This document shows positions 36,313 through 46,710 of a stretch of 64,000 nucleotides of DNA, one piece after another (the stretch's first letter is position 1; every line of letters begins with the position of its first letter). Under the pieces are notes generated by a model that did not search any database, was not told the origin of the DNA, and saw nothing but the letters and a program-made list of their open reading frames with translations. The position numbers and the translations under genes are program-made. Origin of the DNA: Dehalococcoidia bacterium (GTDB lineage Bacteria; Chloroflexota; Dehalococcoidia; Bin125); the NCBI GenBank assembly GCA_965207365.1, contig OZ242281.1, forward strand, positions 500,362 to 564,361. The letters run 5' to 3'.

Positions 36313-37359
36313 TCAGTCCGGAATGCTGAGGCCCGGGCCCTCCGGCACGAGCACGTGTCCATCCTCCATCGCTGGCAACGGCGTGTCCGAGGCGAATCGC
36401 ACCCCGTCGGGCACCCACGGAATCTCAAACCAGCGCGTCGCCGATGAGGCGAACCCGTACGCCAGCGACGCATAGAGCGACGGCCCCGGTCGGAAGTTAT
36501 GCGGACTGAGCGCCACATTGTGCATCTCGGCCAGCGTCGCGACGCGCTGAGCCGCGCTGATGCCTCCAATCTTCGTCACCTCCGGCTGGAGGTAGGTAAT
36601 CGCCTCGGTACTCAACAGCCGTTCGAAATCCTCGAGCGTGTACTCATTCTCTCCTGCCGCGATATCGACACCTGCCTCGCGCTGCACGCGTCGCATCGCG
36701 CGATGATCACGCATCGGCCGAACCGGTTCCTCAAACCAGGTCGCGCCGAGGTCTGCGAGCTGCCGACCGAAGGCAACCGCCTCAATCGGGTCGAAGTGAC
36801 CGTTGACATCAACCATGATCGCGAGCTCGTCGCCGAAACGCCGACGCAGGCGCTCGACGTGGTCAATCGTCACCTCGTGCAGCTTGACTCCGCTGATGCC
36901 GGCATCAACGGCGCGTTGCGTCTCACTGACGACCAACTCAGGATCGCGCAGCGGCGGCAGGCTGGCATAGGCAGGCACCGCGTCGTGCCGCGATCCGCCT
37001 AGCAGTTGCAGCACAGAGACCCCCAGCGTATTGCCCAGCAGATCCCAGAGCGCGATGTCGAGTCCGGACAGCGCCATCGGATAGATGCCCTGGTCGGCGT
37101 AGCGGTATCCGTAGTCCCACAGCTCAAACCACAGCCGGCCAATCTCGCCGGCCTCGCGTCCCACCACCCGAGGCGCAAGTATGTCATCGACCACCGAGGC
37201 AATCGCACGAGCCTCAGCGCCCGGCCGTTCTCTGTCGGGAATGCCCCACCAGGTCTCCCCGACCCCACTGCGACCCTCACTGTCGGTCACAGTGACAAAC
37301 GTCTGAGTCAGCCGCGTCGAATCGAGAATGGTCGTCCGGACAGCCGAAATCTGGCTCAC
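36313..37359 (-). CDS. enolase-superfamily enzyme (mandelate racemase/muconate lactonizing enzyme family)
   Basis: 348 aa with an MR/MLE N-terminal domain and a barrel bearing metal-ligand acidic residues (MVDVNG, EEP, AGENE). Confidence 0.8.
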   Translation of the reverse strand: MSQISAVRTTILDSTRLTQTFVTVTDSEGRSGVGETWWGIPDRERPGAEARAIASVVDDILAPRVVGREAGEIGRLWFELWDYGYRYADQGIYPMALSGLDIALWDLLGNTLGVSVLQLLGGSRHDAVPAYASLPPLRDPELVVSETQRAVDAGISGVKLHEVTIDHVERLRRRFGDELAIMVDVNGHFDPIEAVAFGRQLADLGATWFEEPVRPMRDHRAMRRVQREAGVDIAAGENEYTLEDFERLLSTEAITYLQPEVTKIGGISAAQRVATLAEMHNVALSPHNFRPGPSLYASLAYGFASSATRWFEIPWVPDGVRFASDTPLPAMEDGHVLVPEGPGLSIPD

Positions 37360-37442
37360 GTTGCATTCCCGTCCATGGCAATCTCACGGCGGAGCATAGC
37401 TGGACCGATGCTCCCGGGACGGCTGCACAATGGTCAGCACTC

Positions 37443-37592
37443 CCAATCCCCTCTCCCCCCCTTGCGGGGGGAGATGCCGAAGGCAGAGGGGGGTTCCCTG
37501 CCTGTGGCCCTATCTGGTCATCACCCGCCGACCCCCCTCTGTCACTCCGTGACATCTCCCCCCGCAAGGGGGGGAGAGGGGATTCGGGAGCC
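37443..37592. repeat. MITE-like palindromic repeat (family A, core only)
   Basis: ctctcccccccttgcggggggagatgccgaaggcagagggggg...cccctctgtcactccgtgacatctccccccgcaagggggggagaggg. Confidence 0.7.
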
Positions 37593-37654
37593 TTGCAAAG
37601 GTCTCCTACACGCGGGGACGAGCTCCTTCGCCAGGATCAGGAGCGAACAAGAGG

Positions 37655-38707
37655 TCAGGCAAGCGCCAGGATCGCAGCCGGATTCTCCAGCGTAATCGCC
37701 CGAATCTCAGCCTCCCAGAAGCCTTTGCGCCGCATCGTCGGCACGATGTTCTGCAGGATGTGTCCGTATCCATGCCCGCCATATGTCACCAGCCGATGCT
37801 TGGTGAATATGTCATGCCCCAGGACTACGCGGTCGCCATAGCCCGCATCGATCATCCGTCTGACGAACACAAGCCGCTGGGCATCGCTGGGCATGTCTAG
37901 ATTGGCTTGCGGATAGTACGAGCCTTCGTTGCCAAACAGATCCCATTCCAGGTAACACCCCGACTCAGCGATGCGCAGCAGCGTGTCGACGTCAAACACC
38001 GTCCGGTCCAAATGTCCCATGATGACCCGTGATGTATCTGCCCCATTCTCTGCCAGCAACTCCAGGATCTCTGATGGCGCATCCGGGCTTCGGCCGGGAT
38101 GAATCGATATCGCCGCACCCGTCTCTTGCTGCGCGATGGCAGCGGCCGATAACGACTTCCGCTCGTTGGTGGTCAGCGGCCAGCTGCAACCGATCTCGCC
38201 AATGATGCCGGCCTTGGTCCCGCTGCCGTCGACGCCCTCGGTCAGATCCTCGATGATCTCGCGAGCCAGGTCGTACACGCTCCGCTCGTCCATGTCGGGA
38301 GGATGCAGCGCATCGACATAGAATCCGGAGCCCATGACGATGTGGACTCCCGACTCCTGCGAAACCCGCAGCAGCGCGTCCGGATCGCGGCCAATCCTGG
38401 TCGACGTGGCATCCACGATCGCGCCACCGCCCAGCTCGCGGTACTTCACGACTTCCCTAATCGTCGTTTCCAGATCCGTCAACTGCAGATTCGAGCGGTT
38501 GCTGTAGTAGTGACGCCGAATCCAACCCAGATGCTCCATGACCACGGGCGCGTTAGACAGCTCCTCCGACGGTGAGTCCTGTGCCGGACGAAGCATGTAG
38601 GAGAAGTCGGCATACAGGTGCTCGTGCGTCGAGGTGGGACCAAGCTCAGTCGGTGGGATGAGCCCCAGCACCGTTTGAATCAGGCCGCGTCGCTCGTCTC
38701 TGCTCAT
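37655..38707 (-). CDS. phosphotriesterase-family (PTE/Php) metal-dependent hydrolase
   Basis: THEHL metal-binding motif near the N-terminus of the trimmed ORF. The start was set at the internal Met (MSRDERRG) of ORF 37655..38977. Confidence 0.7.
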   Translation of the reverse strand: MSRDERRGLIQTVLGLIPPTELGPTSTHEHLYADFSYMLRPAQDSPSEELSNAPVVMEHLGWIRRHYYSNRSNLQLTDLETTIREVVKYRELGGGAIVDATSTRIGRDPDALLRVSQESGVHIVMGSGFYVDALHPPDMDERSVYDLAREIIEDLTEGVDGSGTKAGIIGEIGCSWPLTTNERKSLSAAAIAQQETGAAISIHPGRSPDAPSEILELLAENGADTSRVIMGHLDRTVFDVDTLLRIAESGCYLEWDLFGNEGSYYPQANLDMPSDAQRLVFVRRMIDAGYGDRVVLGHDIFTKHRLVTYGGHGYGHILQNIVPTMRRKGFWEAEIRAITLENPAAILALA

Positions 38708-38885
38708 CGGCTCCCTCCCGTCCTCAGCGCAGCCCACAGGTGCGATCCGACCAAACTGCATGTGCAACACTGACGATGTCTGGAGGCGTCGACAGGTCCA
38801 CAGCGTCTGGGAAGGGTAGTTGAGTGACGGCTCGTCGCAACGACCTGACATCACAGACTTCCCCACGGGTTGGGAACTCGTCGCC

Positions 38886-40019
38886 ATGAGATTCGCCGCC
38901 TTCACGACCGTCGCAGCCTCAGCCGGAGCATCCACCAGCAGCGCCGGACTATTGGACAACCTCAGACAGCAAACCATCCTGGCCGAAGAGCTCGGCTTTG
39001 AGGCGATCTGGCTCGGCGAGCACCACTTCGGTCCCTACGGCGTCGGCGATATCCCCAATCCAATCCTGCTCGGCGCCGACCTCGCAGCCCGGACCTCGAC
39101 GATTCGCATCGGACAGATGGCGAACATCGCCCCATGGTGGCATCCAATCCGGCTAGCGGAAGACCTCGCGACCCTGGACAACATGTCCGGCGGACGATTA
39201 GAGGTCGGATTCGGTCGCGGCATCTGGCCCTATGAAGGTCCCCAGTTCCATCCCCACGCCGACCCGCGCAAGGACAAAGAAAACCGCGCGCTGTTCGCCG
39301 AGACCATCGACATCGTGCGCGAGATCTGGACCAACGAGTACTTCTCCCACGAGGGGCCTAACTATCGCTTCCCGGTCGAGGACACGGTCTTTTCGCATCC
39401 GCTCTATCCATCAAATCCGGACTGGCAGGACGGTGACAGCGTCACGAAGTTGCGGGTGACACCGAGGCCTATGCAGCAGCCGCACCCGCCAATGTGGATG
39501 ACCGTTTCCACCGACCGATCGGTTGCGACCGCTGCAGAGCTGGGACTACAGGCCTGCTATTGGCAGCCTCCACCGCTGAGGATTCGACAGCGAATGGAGA
39601 TCTACGCCAACGTTCGGTCGGAACGAGAAGGACGATCCTTCGCCGTCGGTGAAGATCAGGCCGTCATGCGCTCGACGTATGTCGCATCATCAATGGCCGA
39701 GGCGCGCCGCGACGCAGAGGAAGGGATTATGTCGTCCTTCGTCTTCAACGACCCGTTCCGCGGCCGGCAGGTATTCACAAACCCGGACGAGGAACTGGAC
39801 CCAGAAGTGAAGCTCGACTGGGACTTCCTGGAACCGCGCACCCTGCTGGTCGGCTCCCCCGACCAGGTAGTCGAAAAAGTCCATGAGCTGCAAGACACCT
39901 GCAATCTCGAATACCTGCTCGTCGAGTTCACGCACATGGGCATCCCCTTGCACAAAACGCTCCGCAATCTCGAGACCTTTGCCACGAAGGTGATGCCCCA
40001 CTTCGCCGAGAGTCGCTGA
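38886..40019 (+). CDS. LLM-class flavin-dependent oxidoreductase (luciferase-like monooxygenase)
   Basis: LGFEAIWLGEHHF motif. The start was chosen at ATG 38886 (MRFAAFTT) within ORF 38820..40019. Confidence 0.75.
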   Translation: MRFAAFTTVAASAGASTSSAGLLDNLRQQTILAEELGFEAIWLGEHHFGPYGVGDIPNPILLGADLAARTSTIRIGQMANIAPWWHPIRLAEDLATLDNMSGGRLEVGFGRGIWPYEGPQFHPHADPRKDKENRALFAETIDIVREIWTNEYFSHEGPNYRFPVEDTVFSHPLYPSNPDWQDGDSVTKLRVTPRPMQQPHPPMWMTVSTDRSVATAAELGLQACYWQPPPLRIRQRMEIYANVRSEREGRSFAVGEDQAVMRSTYVASSMAEARRDAEEGIMSSFVFNDPFRGRQVFTNPDEELDPEVKLDWDFLEPRTLLVGSPDQVVEKVHELQDTCNLEYLLVEFTHMGIPLHKTLRNLETFATKVMPHFAESR

Positions 40020-40084
40020 TTCTCGTTCTCAGCGACTGACACACAACTCCCCTCCCCTCATGAGCCTGATGTTTAACCCGGATT

Positions 40085-40235
40085 CCAGTCCCCGCTTCAC
40101 GCGGGGACCCGCTCCTTCCTCGGCTCCATCGAAGCGAATCTACTTGTCGTCCATCTCTGGTCAACCGGTATCGGTCGTAGCTGACGCGGGCTGGCCAAAG
40201 CGGGTCCTTGCGTGAAGCGGGGACTGGACCATCAG
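40085..40235. repeat. inverted pair of family-C hairpin units
   Basis: ccagtccccgcttcacgcggggacccgctcc (40088-) and gcgggtccttgcgtgaagcggggactgg (40198-40232). Confidence 0.6.
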
Positions 40236-40242
40236 TAATGCA

Positions 40243-40340
40243 TTGGTCTCTTGTAGGGGCGACCCTTGTGGTCGCCCACTCTGGAGGACCTCACTGGTCA
40301 GTCTTGCTATCGACAAGGCGGGCAACCACAAGGGTCGCCC
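40243..40340. terminator. perfect 20-bp inverted repeat (gtaggggcgacccttgtggt / accacaagggtcgcccctac) in a convergent intergenic region
   Basis: The arms are separated by about 55 bp. It lies between the 3' ends of the LLM (+) and proline dehydrogenase (-) genes. Confidence 0.3.
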
Positions 40341-40474
40341 CTACAGGAACACGCAGCAATGTTGGTTTCGTTCACGCACAGGTCTCCACGGGGAGAGAGG
40401 CCGGAAGCGAATGGCAGGCGCCTTGCGCGCAGATCTACCTTGCGGAGAGCATGCGATTCATGCACCAGTCTCAA

Positions 40475-41404
40475 CTAGCGGCCGACCACGGCCCGCAGAG
40501 CAAACAGTGCGTTTGAGGGCCGCTCGGCGATCCGCCGCATGAGATACGGATACCAACGTTCGCCGTAGGGAATACTCACGCGCAGTCGCTCTCCTCGCGC
40601 TCGCATCGACTGTCCCAACTCGGGCCGCACTCCGTAGAGCATCTGGAACTCCCAGGAGCCGACGACGGACGTGTCCGCTGCCAGCCGTCGCGCCGCGCGA
40701 TGCAAGACCGGATCGTGTGTCGCCACGCCGACATCCGCCCCGGCCTGCCAAAGCTGAGCCAACAACTCCTGATATGCCCGCCGAATCGGGCCTGCCCCGC
40801 TATGCGCGATTCGGCTCGGTTCGCTGTAAGCGCCCTTGACCAGGCGCACTCGGGCGATCCCCCCATCGATCAGCGCCTGCGCGTCGTCAGGCGTCCGACG
40901 CAGATACGCCTGCAAGGCCACTCCAGTCTGCTCCGATCTCGCCGCCGCGGCGCGATACAGCTCCAGCGTCGCATCCACGGTGTCCGACGCCTCCATGTCG
41001 AGTTCGACGGTCACATCGTGCTCCATCGCCGTCTCGACGATCCTCAGCAGCCCGCGTTCCGCCGTCTGCTGCGAGATGTCCAGGCCCAGCAACGTCGGTT
41101 TGACCGCGACTCGAGCGTCAAGTTGTGGGGATTCACCGATAGCGGCCGCCAAGGTGCAATACTCAGCCACGGCTTGCTCGGCCTCTGTTGGGTCGGTAAC
41201 CGCCTCTCCCAGAAGCGAGAACATCGCCGCCGCTCCGGGAATGCCATTGGCCATCCGGGACATCCCTCGCGCCACTGCCAGCGCCTCGGCGCTCGTGTCT
41301 CCAGCGACGAAGCGGCGCACCAGCAGGCGTTCCACTCCGGCCGAGCGGGCGCCGCGTTCTGCCCACTCCTGTTGCGAGAGCCAGATCAGCCCTGGCCGCA
41401 GCAT
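40475..41404 (-). CDS. proline dehydrogenase family protein
   Basis: 309 aa. C-terminal blocks (GVATHDPVL, FQMLYGVRPE, YPYLMRRIAERP) are typical of monofunctional PutA-type ProDH. Confidence 0.65.
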   Translation of the reverse strand: MLRPGLIWLSQQEWAERGARSAGVERLLVRRFVAGDTSAEALAVARGMSRMANGIPGAAAMFSLLGEAVTDPTEAEQAVAEYCTLAAAIGESPQLDARVAVKPTLLGLDISQQTAERGLLRIVETAMEHDVTVELDMEASDTVDATLELYRAAAARSEQTGVALQAYLRRTPDDAQALIDGGIARVRLVKGAYSEPSRIAHSGAGPIRRAYQELLAQLWQAGADVGVATHDPVLHRAARRLAADTSVVGSWEFQMLYGVRPELGQSMRARGERLRVSIPYGERWYPYLMRRIAERPSNALFALRAVVGR

Positions 41405-41497
41405 GATCGCCTCAGATCCATCAGCCCCCGCTCGCGGACGCGCAAGCTAGGGCGTGTTCACATAGATGTTGACAACCCATGCTTGGCGCGCCAGCAT

Positions 41498-41560
41498 TCC
41501 CCGCTCCCCCTTGCAGGGGGAGCTGCCGAAGGCTGAGGGGGTCCCACTCCCCATCGACAA
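41498..41560. repeat. short family-A sub-unit (cttgcagggggagctgccgaaggctgagggggtcc)
   Basis: Same about 55-bp unit as at 34905-34960 and 43590-43645. Confidence 0.6.
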
Positions 41561-41748
41561 TGCCCTACACCACCCATACGGTTGTTCGCTTCCCCATGTG
41601 AACAGACCCTAGCAGCGCATTTGCAAGCCGATGAAACCTGCTGCGACGCCGATCAACCTGACTTGCAGCGACCTTTCATTCACTGCTCCGCCACAGCCAT
41701 TATTCTGCACCAACGCCGCAGGCGGCGAAGTCCTGCGGCTCAGCGACC

Positions 41749-42180
41749 GTGAGACAGGAGGAACTGATGGCCAAGCAAGGTGTCGTGCCGGACAGCCTCA
41801 GCCAGCCATTCTGGGACGCCGCGAATGAAGAGCGTCTCGTCATCCAGTACTGCGTGGATTGCGATCAGTTGCAGCACCCGCCCGCGGATACCTGTCGCGG
41901 CTGCACGAAGGGCGATGAACTCGAGTGGAAGACGGTGAGCGGGCGAGGCACGATCTACAACTACGGAGTCGTGCACGACTGTCCCGTACGGTTGCTGCAA
42001 CAAGACCAGCCCTTCAACCTGGCCGTGATCATGCTGGAGGAGGATCCGGGCATCCAGATGTTCTCGCATCTGCCCGGCGTGCCTGTCGACGATGTACCGA
42101 TCGGCGCGGCCGTCGAAGTGATCTTCGAACCCTCAGCCAACGGTCAACTCGTGCCCGAGTGGCGCGTGATCGCCGATTGA
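41749..42180 (+). CDS. Zn-ribbon/OB-fold DUF35 protein (second copy)
   Basis: CVDCD...CRGC zinc ribbon plus an OB-fold. Paired with the downstream thiolase-like gene. Confidence 0.8.
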   Translation: MRQEELMAKQGVVPDSLSQPFWDAANEERLVIQYCVDCDQLQHPPADTCRGCTKGDELEWKTVSGRGTIYNYGVVHDCPVRLLQQDQPFNLAVIMLEEDPGIQMFSHLPGVPVDDVPIGAAVEVIFEPSANGQLVPEWRVIAD

Positions 42181-42222
42181 TCCCGATCTCAGCGACAGCC
42201 CTTATGGCTTGGAGTACTTGCT

Positions 42223-43545
42223 ATGACGACACCAGTTGCAACTGACGCGATGTACCGCAACGACGAAGGACTAGGAATCTGGGAGCACCGAGGAAAAGTC
42301 GCCGCGGTCGGTGTCGGCCATGCGCCGACAGCGCGCCGCTGGGACGGCCGTCCCGAGACCTGCGTCGGCGCGATCAGCATTCAGGCGTTGCGCCAGGCGA
42401 TTGCCGACGCAGGCGTCGCGCCCGATCAGATCGATGGACTGGTCGTCGTCCGCGAAACCACGACCGGCGCGTTCTGGGAAGACGGCAAGCCGCTTCCGAT
42501 GGACGTGATCCAGAGCTTCCAACAGACGGACGATCCACTCGACGGCATCGCAAAGCTCAGCGCCGAGTGGCTGCTGGCCAACATGCCTGAGCTGAGCAAT
42601 GTCAAGTTCACGATGTACGGTCCCGGCTGCATGTCGAATGCACTCAACGTGACGGCCCAGGCCGTCGGCGACGGTCTCGCACACACCTGCCTGGTCGTCA
42701 AGAGCTGGCACAACTTCGAGGGTCGCTACTACCAGGGTGGAGCCAATGCCGGCGAAGCGCTGCCTGGCACCCCCGCCATCACTCAGCTCTGGGGCGGTCC
42801 CGCCTCGTACAGCACGGCGTTGCAATTCGCCGAATATTGCCGCAAGTACGGCAAGACCCACGAGATGATGGCGCCCTTCATGGAGAACTCGCGCCGCAAC
42901 GGCCTCAGGTTCCCCGAGGGCTATTGGGCCCAGCACCGGCCCGAGGAACTGGGACCGGAGGACTATCTCGCCTCGCGCTGGATCGCCAAGCCGGCCAACC
43001 TGTTCGACAACGACATTCCGATCATGATGTCCGGCGCATACCTGTTCTCGACGGCCGAACGCGCCGCCGACATGAAGCAGAAGCCGGTCTACATCCTCAA
43101 TCACGCCTCCAGCAACACGAGGCCGCGCAGCTTGCTGCCCACGCTCGATGAGGTCGAAGACGACACGGCCCGCACCGGCCGCAAGATCTACGAGGGCGCA
43201 GGCATCACCGCCGACGATCTCTCCTTCGAGAACATGTACGACGGCTTCTCACTCTTCCACCAGTTCCACCTGGAAGGCCTGGGTTATCGCGGGATCAAGT
43301 TCGGCGAGGCGCTGGACTTCTATGCGACCGATATCAGCATCGAAGGCCCCAACCCGGTCTCGCCCAGCGGCGGCAACGTCGGCAGCGGACGCAGCCGAGT
43401 CTGGATGCACACCGACTGCATCCAACAACTCCAGGGCCGAGCCGGGGAGAGGCAGGTCACCGGCGTCAAGCCAGAAGTCGCCGTCTCGGGAGGGCCAACG
43501 CCCCTCGGAGGAAACTTCACCGTCTGGAGCGCCAGCCCCGACTAA
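42223..43545 (+). CDS. thiolase-like protein (SCP-x / lipid-transfer-protein type), second copy
   Basis: 440 aa with a thiolase-like fold. Confidence 0.75.
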   Translation: MTTPVATDAMYRNDEGLGIWEHRGKVAAVGVGHAPTARRWDGRPETCVGAISIQALRQAIADAGVAPDQIDGLVVVRETTTGAFWEDGKPLPMDVIQSFQQTDDPLDGIAKLSAEWLLANMPELSNVKFTMYGPGCMSNALNVTAQAVGDGLAHTCLVVKSWHNFEGRYYQGGANAGEALPGTPAITQLWGGPASYSTALQFAEYCRKYGKTHEMMAPFMENSRRNGLRFPEGYWAQHRPEELGPEDYLASRWIAKPANLFDNDIPIMMSGAYLFSTAERAADMKQKPVYILNHASSNTRPRSLLPTLDEVEDDTARTGRKIYEGAGITADDLSFENMYDGFSLFHQFHLEGLGYRGIKFGEALDFYATDISIEGPNPVSPSGGNVGSGRSRVWMHTDCIQQLQGRAGERQVTGVKPEVAVSGGPTPLGGNFTVWSASPD

Positions 43546-43587
43546 GACCATCACACGTGGTCGCGTCCTACCCACCTCGAGCGCACC

Positions 43588-43645
43588 CCCTACTCCCCGC
43601 TCCCCCTTGCAGGGGGAGCTGCCGTAGGCTGAGGGGGTCCCGCTC
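43588..43645. repeat. short family-A sub-unit
   Basis: ctccccgctcccccttgcagggggagctgccgtaggctgagggggtcccgctccc. Confidence 0.6.
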
Positions 43646-43726
43646 CCACTAGCAACCCCATAAGATCAGCATCCATCGTCTCATTCCCCTTGTCTGCGCG
43701 TTTCTCTCACCGACCAGGAGTGGCTC

Positions 43727-44080
43727 ATGGCAATCCTCATCAGCTTCGACATCGACGGCACATTAGAAGTCGGCGATCCACCCGGCCCATTGACGATGGA
43801 CATGGTCCGCCTGGTCCGCGACAAAGGATTCCTGATCGGTAGCTGTTCCGACCGCACGCTGAGCGGTCAGCGGGGCATTTGGGCCACGCACGAGATCGAG
43901 GTCGACTTCGTCATCTCGAAGCACATGCTGCCGGACGTCAAGGCCAAGTTCGAGGCGGACACCTACGTACACATCGGCGATCGCGAGGACCTCGACCGCC
44001 AGTACGCGCTCAAGGCCGGATTCGACTTCCTCTGGCCCGACGAGGCCGTGGCCCATGACTACTTCCAGCCAACGCCCTGA
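43727..44080 (+). CDS. small HAD-superfamily hydrolase
   Basis: FDIDGTL motif I at the N-terminus and an HIGD motif near the C-terminus. 117 aa. Confidence 0.55.
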   Translation: MAILISFDIDGTLEVGDPPGPLTMDMVRLVRDKGFLIGSCSDRTLSGQRGIWATHEIEVDFVISKHMLPDVKAKFEADTYVHIGDREDLDRQYALKAGFDFLWPDEAVAHDYFQPTP

Positions 44081-44171
44081 TCGGCTGACGCCGTCCAGGG
44101 AAAGCGACTCGAACGACCGTCCACGAGCACGAAATCCGAATCCCGGCCCCGCGCAAAGGAGAGTTTTGAAG

Positions 44172-44332
44172 CACTCCCCCTCTCCCCCCCTTGCGGGGGG
44201 AGATGCCGAAGGCAGAGGGGGGGGGTCCGCTGTTCGGGAGCCATATCTGGTCATTGTCAACCGACCCCCCCCCTCTGTCACTCCGTGACATCTCCCCCCG
44301 CAAGGGGGGGAGAGGGGAATCGGGAGTTTTTC
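44172..44332. repeat. MITE-like palindromic repeat (family A core)
   Basis: ctctccccccccttgcggggggagatgccgaaggcagaggggggggg...ccccccccctctgtcactccgtgacatctccccccgcaagggggggagagggg. Confidence 0.7.
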
Positions 44333-44373
44333 GAAGCCCTCCCCAATGCGGACACGGAGAATCAGTCAGCCTG

Positions 44374-44640
44374 CTACTTCTTGGCCCGAATCGGCTCATC
44401 CCAATCGATCCCACAGTTCGAGCACCATCGATTGAGCCACACGTCGCCGGCCGAACTCTCGTCTCCGCGTTCCGCGTGGATCTGTCCGCCGCAGCGGCAC
44501 GGTCGAGGGAACCTGGACAAGCAACCGGCGCAGCGATCATCGTCCTGATGCGTCTGTACGAACTGCGGGTGCAAGGACAAGCTCATCCCCGAGCACCTCT
44601 CCCCCTCGTCTGGAATCGACAGTCTAACGCCTGTTCGCAT
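44374..44640 (-). CDS. small Cys-rich (zinc-ribbon-like) protein
   Basis: CAGC...CRC...CSNC pairs. It lies downstream of the EBP-like gene on the same strand, and the start may be an internal Met. Confidence 0.3.
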   Translation of the reverse strand: MRTGVRLSIPDEGERCSGMSLSLHPQFVQTHQDDDRCAGCLSRFPRPCRCGGQIHAERGDESSAGDVWLNRWCSNCGIDWDEPIRAKK

Positions 44641-44662
44641 CCCGCTCTCGATCGAGCTCGCA

Positions 44663-45373
44663 CTAATCCATGCCCAACACGCTGTAGTCGCCGTCCAGGA
44701 TCAGGCGAATGGAGATGTACATTCCCACGATCGGAATCAACACCCAGACGGCGTTTGGGCCCATGATGTAGATGTAGAACTGCCTCGGGGTGATACGGCT
44801 CCATTTCTGACCGACGAAGAAGCTGACCAGATAAAGCGACGACGCATAGACCCACTGCCAGAACAGCATCGCCCCAACAATGCCGACAGCAACGGCCGGC
44901 AGCACGCCGGCCGTGTACGCCGCGTACAGGACCGCTGTCGACGCAGGAGTGGTGAACCCATTCGCGATATCGATGTTGAATCCGTACGTGTTTCGATCGG
45001 CGTACGCCGAATCAAACATCGAGTAGGTCGCCCAAACATCAACCCAGACCGTCGGAGACAGGACTCGGGCGAGCGGCACCCGCGTGGTCAGGAACACGAG
45101 GGCAGGTGTCCGGCCAGTAGCGCTCCACTCTCTGCGCCAGTGTTCCGCGCGCTCCTCGATGTAGTCCCTGCGGAAGTAGAGGCACACTTCCCAGAAGCAG
45201 ATCAGCAGGTTGGTCGCGAAGAACACGCTGAACAGGAATTGAAAGGCGTTCAGATCGCCATGGATGTAGTAGCGAACGAGGATGCCCGGCAACGCCAGGA
45301 GCGCGATCGCCAGCACTGCGAGCAGACCTGCCGGCGCGCCCCATCCGCCCGTTTGCTCGCTCGCGCTACTCAA
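44663..45373 (-). CDS. EBP-like (EXPERA domain) sterol delta8-delta7 isomerase candidate
   Basis: 236-aa 4-TM protein. FYIYIMGPNAVWVLIPIVG parallels human EBP FWFYFVFMNALWLVLIPGILV. FWEVCLYF...EHW parallels EGWFVLYY...LWKEY. Sterol-pathway context supports it. Confidence 0.5.
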   Translation of the reverse strand: MSSASEQTGGWGAPAGLLAVLAIALLALPGILVRYYIHGDLNAFQFLFSVFFATNLLICFWEVCLYFRRDYIEERAEHWRREWSATGRTPALVFLTTRVPLARVLSPTVWVDVWATYSMFDSAYADRNTYGFNIDIANGFTTPASTAVLYAAYTAGVLPAVAVGIVGAMLFWQWVYASSLYLVSFFVGQKWSRITPRQFYIYIMGPNAVWVLIPIVGMYISIRLILDGDYSVLGMD

Positions 45374-45581
45374 ACCGACAGACCTTCTTCGCTACACAGA
45401 TTGACCCGACCACTCCCGCCAGATCAAGTGTGCATCATAGCGACACTTCACCTCTTCAGAGTCGCTTTGCGCAAGTCGGGTCGCCTGACACTGTCCGTTC
45501 CGATCTTGAAGGTCTACCTGGCAGCGATTATCTTCGACTTCATCCACACCCTGTCAGCCCAATGCACAGTGTGAGAGCCAC

Positions 45582-46676
45582 ATGGACTCAGAGCGATCTG
45601 ACATCGCCTCCGGCACATCAGCGCCGCCCTTGTTCCTGACGGGGGCGGCTGGCCATGTCGGGGCCAATCTGGTGCGCCGCTTGCTCGATGACGGCGCTCG
45701 GGTCCGGGTGCTGCTGAGACACGAGGACAACAACGAAGCCATAGATGGGCTCGACGTCGAGCGCGTCTATGGCGACATCCGCGATCTAGAAGCGACGCGG
45801 CAAGCGCTCGCCGGATGTCATGGCGTCTTCCACACGGCCGCGCTCGTATCCACAATCGACGGCGACGATACGCATCGGCGCGATGTCTTCGAGAGCAACG
45901 TGATCGGCACTCGTAACGTGCTCCAGGCAGCGCAAGAGTTCGACGCTGGACGAGTAGTAGTCACCGGCTCGTTTAGCGCAGTTGGCTACGACCTCGACGA
46001 TCCGTCAGCTCCGTCCAAGGAGTCGATGCCGTTCTTTCCCATGGAACGCACGATGCCATACGAGCGCAGCAAGGCGATGGTCGAAACCGAGTGCTGGCAT
46101 GCGGCGGCAAACGGTCAAGATGTTGTGATTGCCACGTCCTGTGCGGTCGTCGGCGGCAACGACTTCATGCCCTCGCGCATGGGTCGGACGCTGGTCGACT
46201 TCGCCAACGGCAAGCTGCACGCCTATGTCGATGGTGGGTTCGAGTTCGTCGCGGCGGAAGACATCGTGCAGGGACATATGCTCAGCATGGAGCGCGGGCG
46301 AACAGGGCAGAAGTACATCTTCAGCTCCGAGTACCAGACGATCTCCAACATGTTGGATCTGTTTCAGGAGGTTTCGGGCATACGGCGACCGCGGCGGCAG
46401 ATACCCGTCAGCCTGATGTTGCCGATGTCAGTCGTGGTGAGCAACGTCCTCAGCCGGCTGCGCCCAAACGACCCACAGCGATTCACCCCTGGCGCGATCC
46501 GACTCCTGCAGAAGTGCCGTCACGCCGACACCAGCAAGGCGAAAGAGGAATTGGGCTTTCAGCCGACAACGATGCGCGCCGCGGTTCGCGACGCGTACGC
46601 GTTCCACTATCAGCGCAAGGCCATCACCAATTCACGGGCGAAGCGCCCCGAATCGATCGTCCCGGAGGATGAGTAG
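45582..46676 (+). CDS. NAD(P)-dependent 3beta-hydroxysteroid dehydrogenase / epimerase-dehydratase family (SdmB/ERG26-like C-4 demethylation component)
   Basis: Extended-SDR GAAGHVG Rossmann motif and YERSK catalytic motif. Adjacent to a Rieske oxygenase, as in the described bacterial SdmA/SdmB pair. Confidence 0.75.
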   Translation: MDSERSDIASGTSAPPLFLTGAAGHVGANLVRRLLDDGARVRVLLRHEDNNEAIDGLDVERVYGDIRDLEATRQALAGCHGVFHTAALVSTIDGDDTHRRDVFESNVIGTRNVLQAAQEFDAGRVVVTGSFSAVGYDLDDPSAPSKESMPFFPMERTMPYERSKAMVETECWHAAANGQDVVIATSCAVVGGNDFMPSRMGRTLVDFANGKLHAYVDGGFEFVAAEDIVQGHMLSMERGRTGQKYIFSSEYQTISNMLDLFQEVSGIRRPRRQIPVSLMLPMSVVVSNVLSRLRPNDPQRFTPGAIRLLQKCRHADTSKAKEELGFQPTTMRAAVRDAYAFHYQRKAITNSRAKRPESIVPEDE

Positions 46677-46710
46677 TCATGACCAGTCCAGTGACCGCCG
46701 CAACTTCTGA

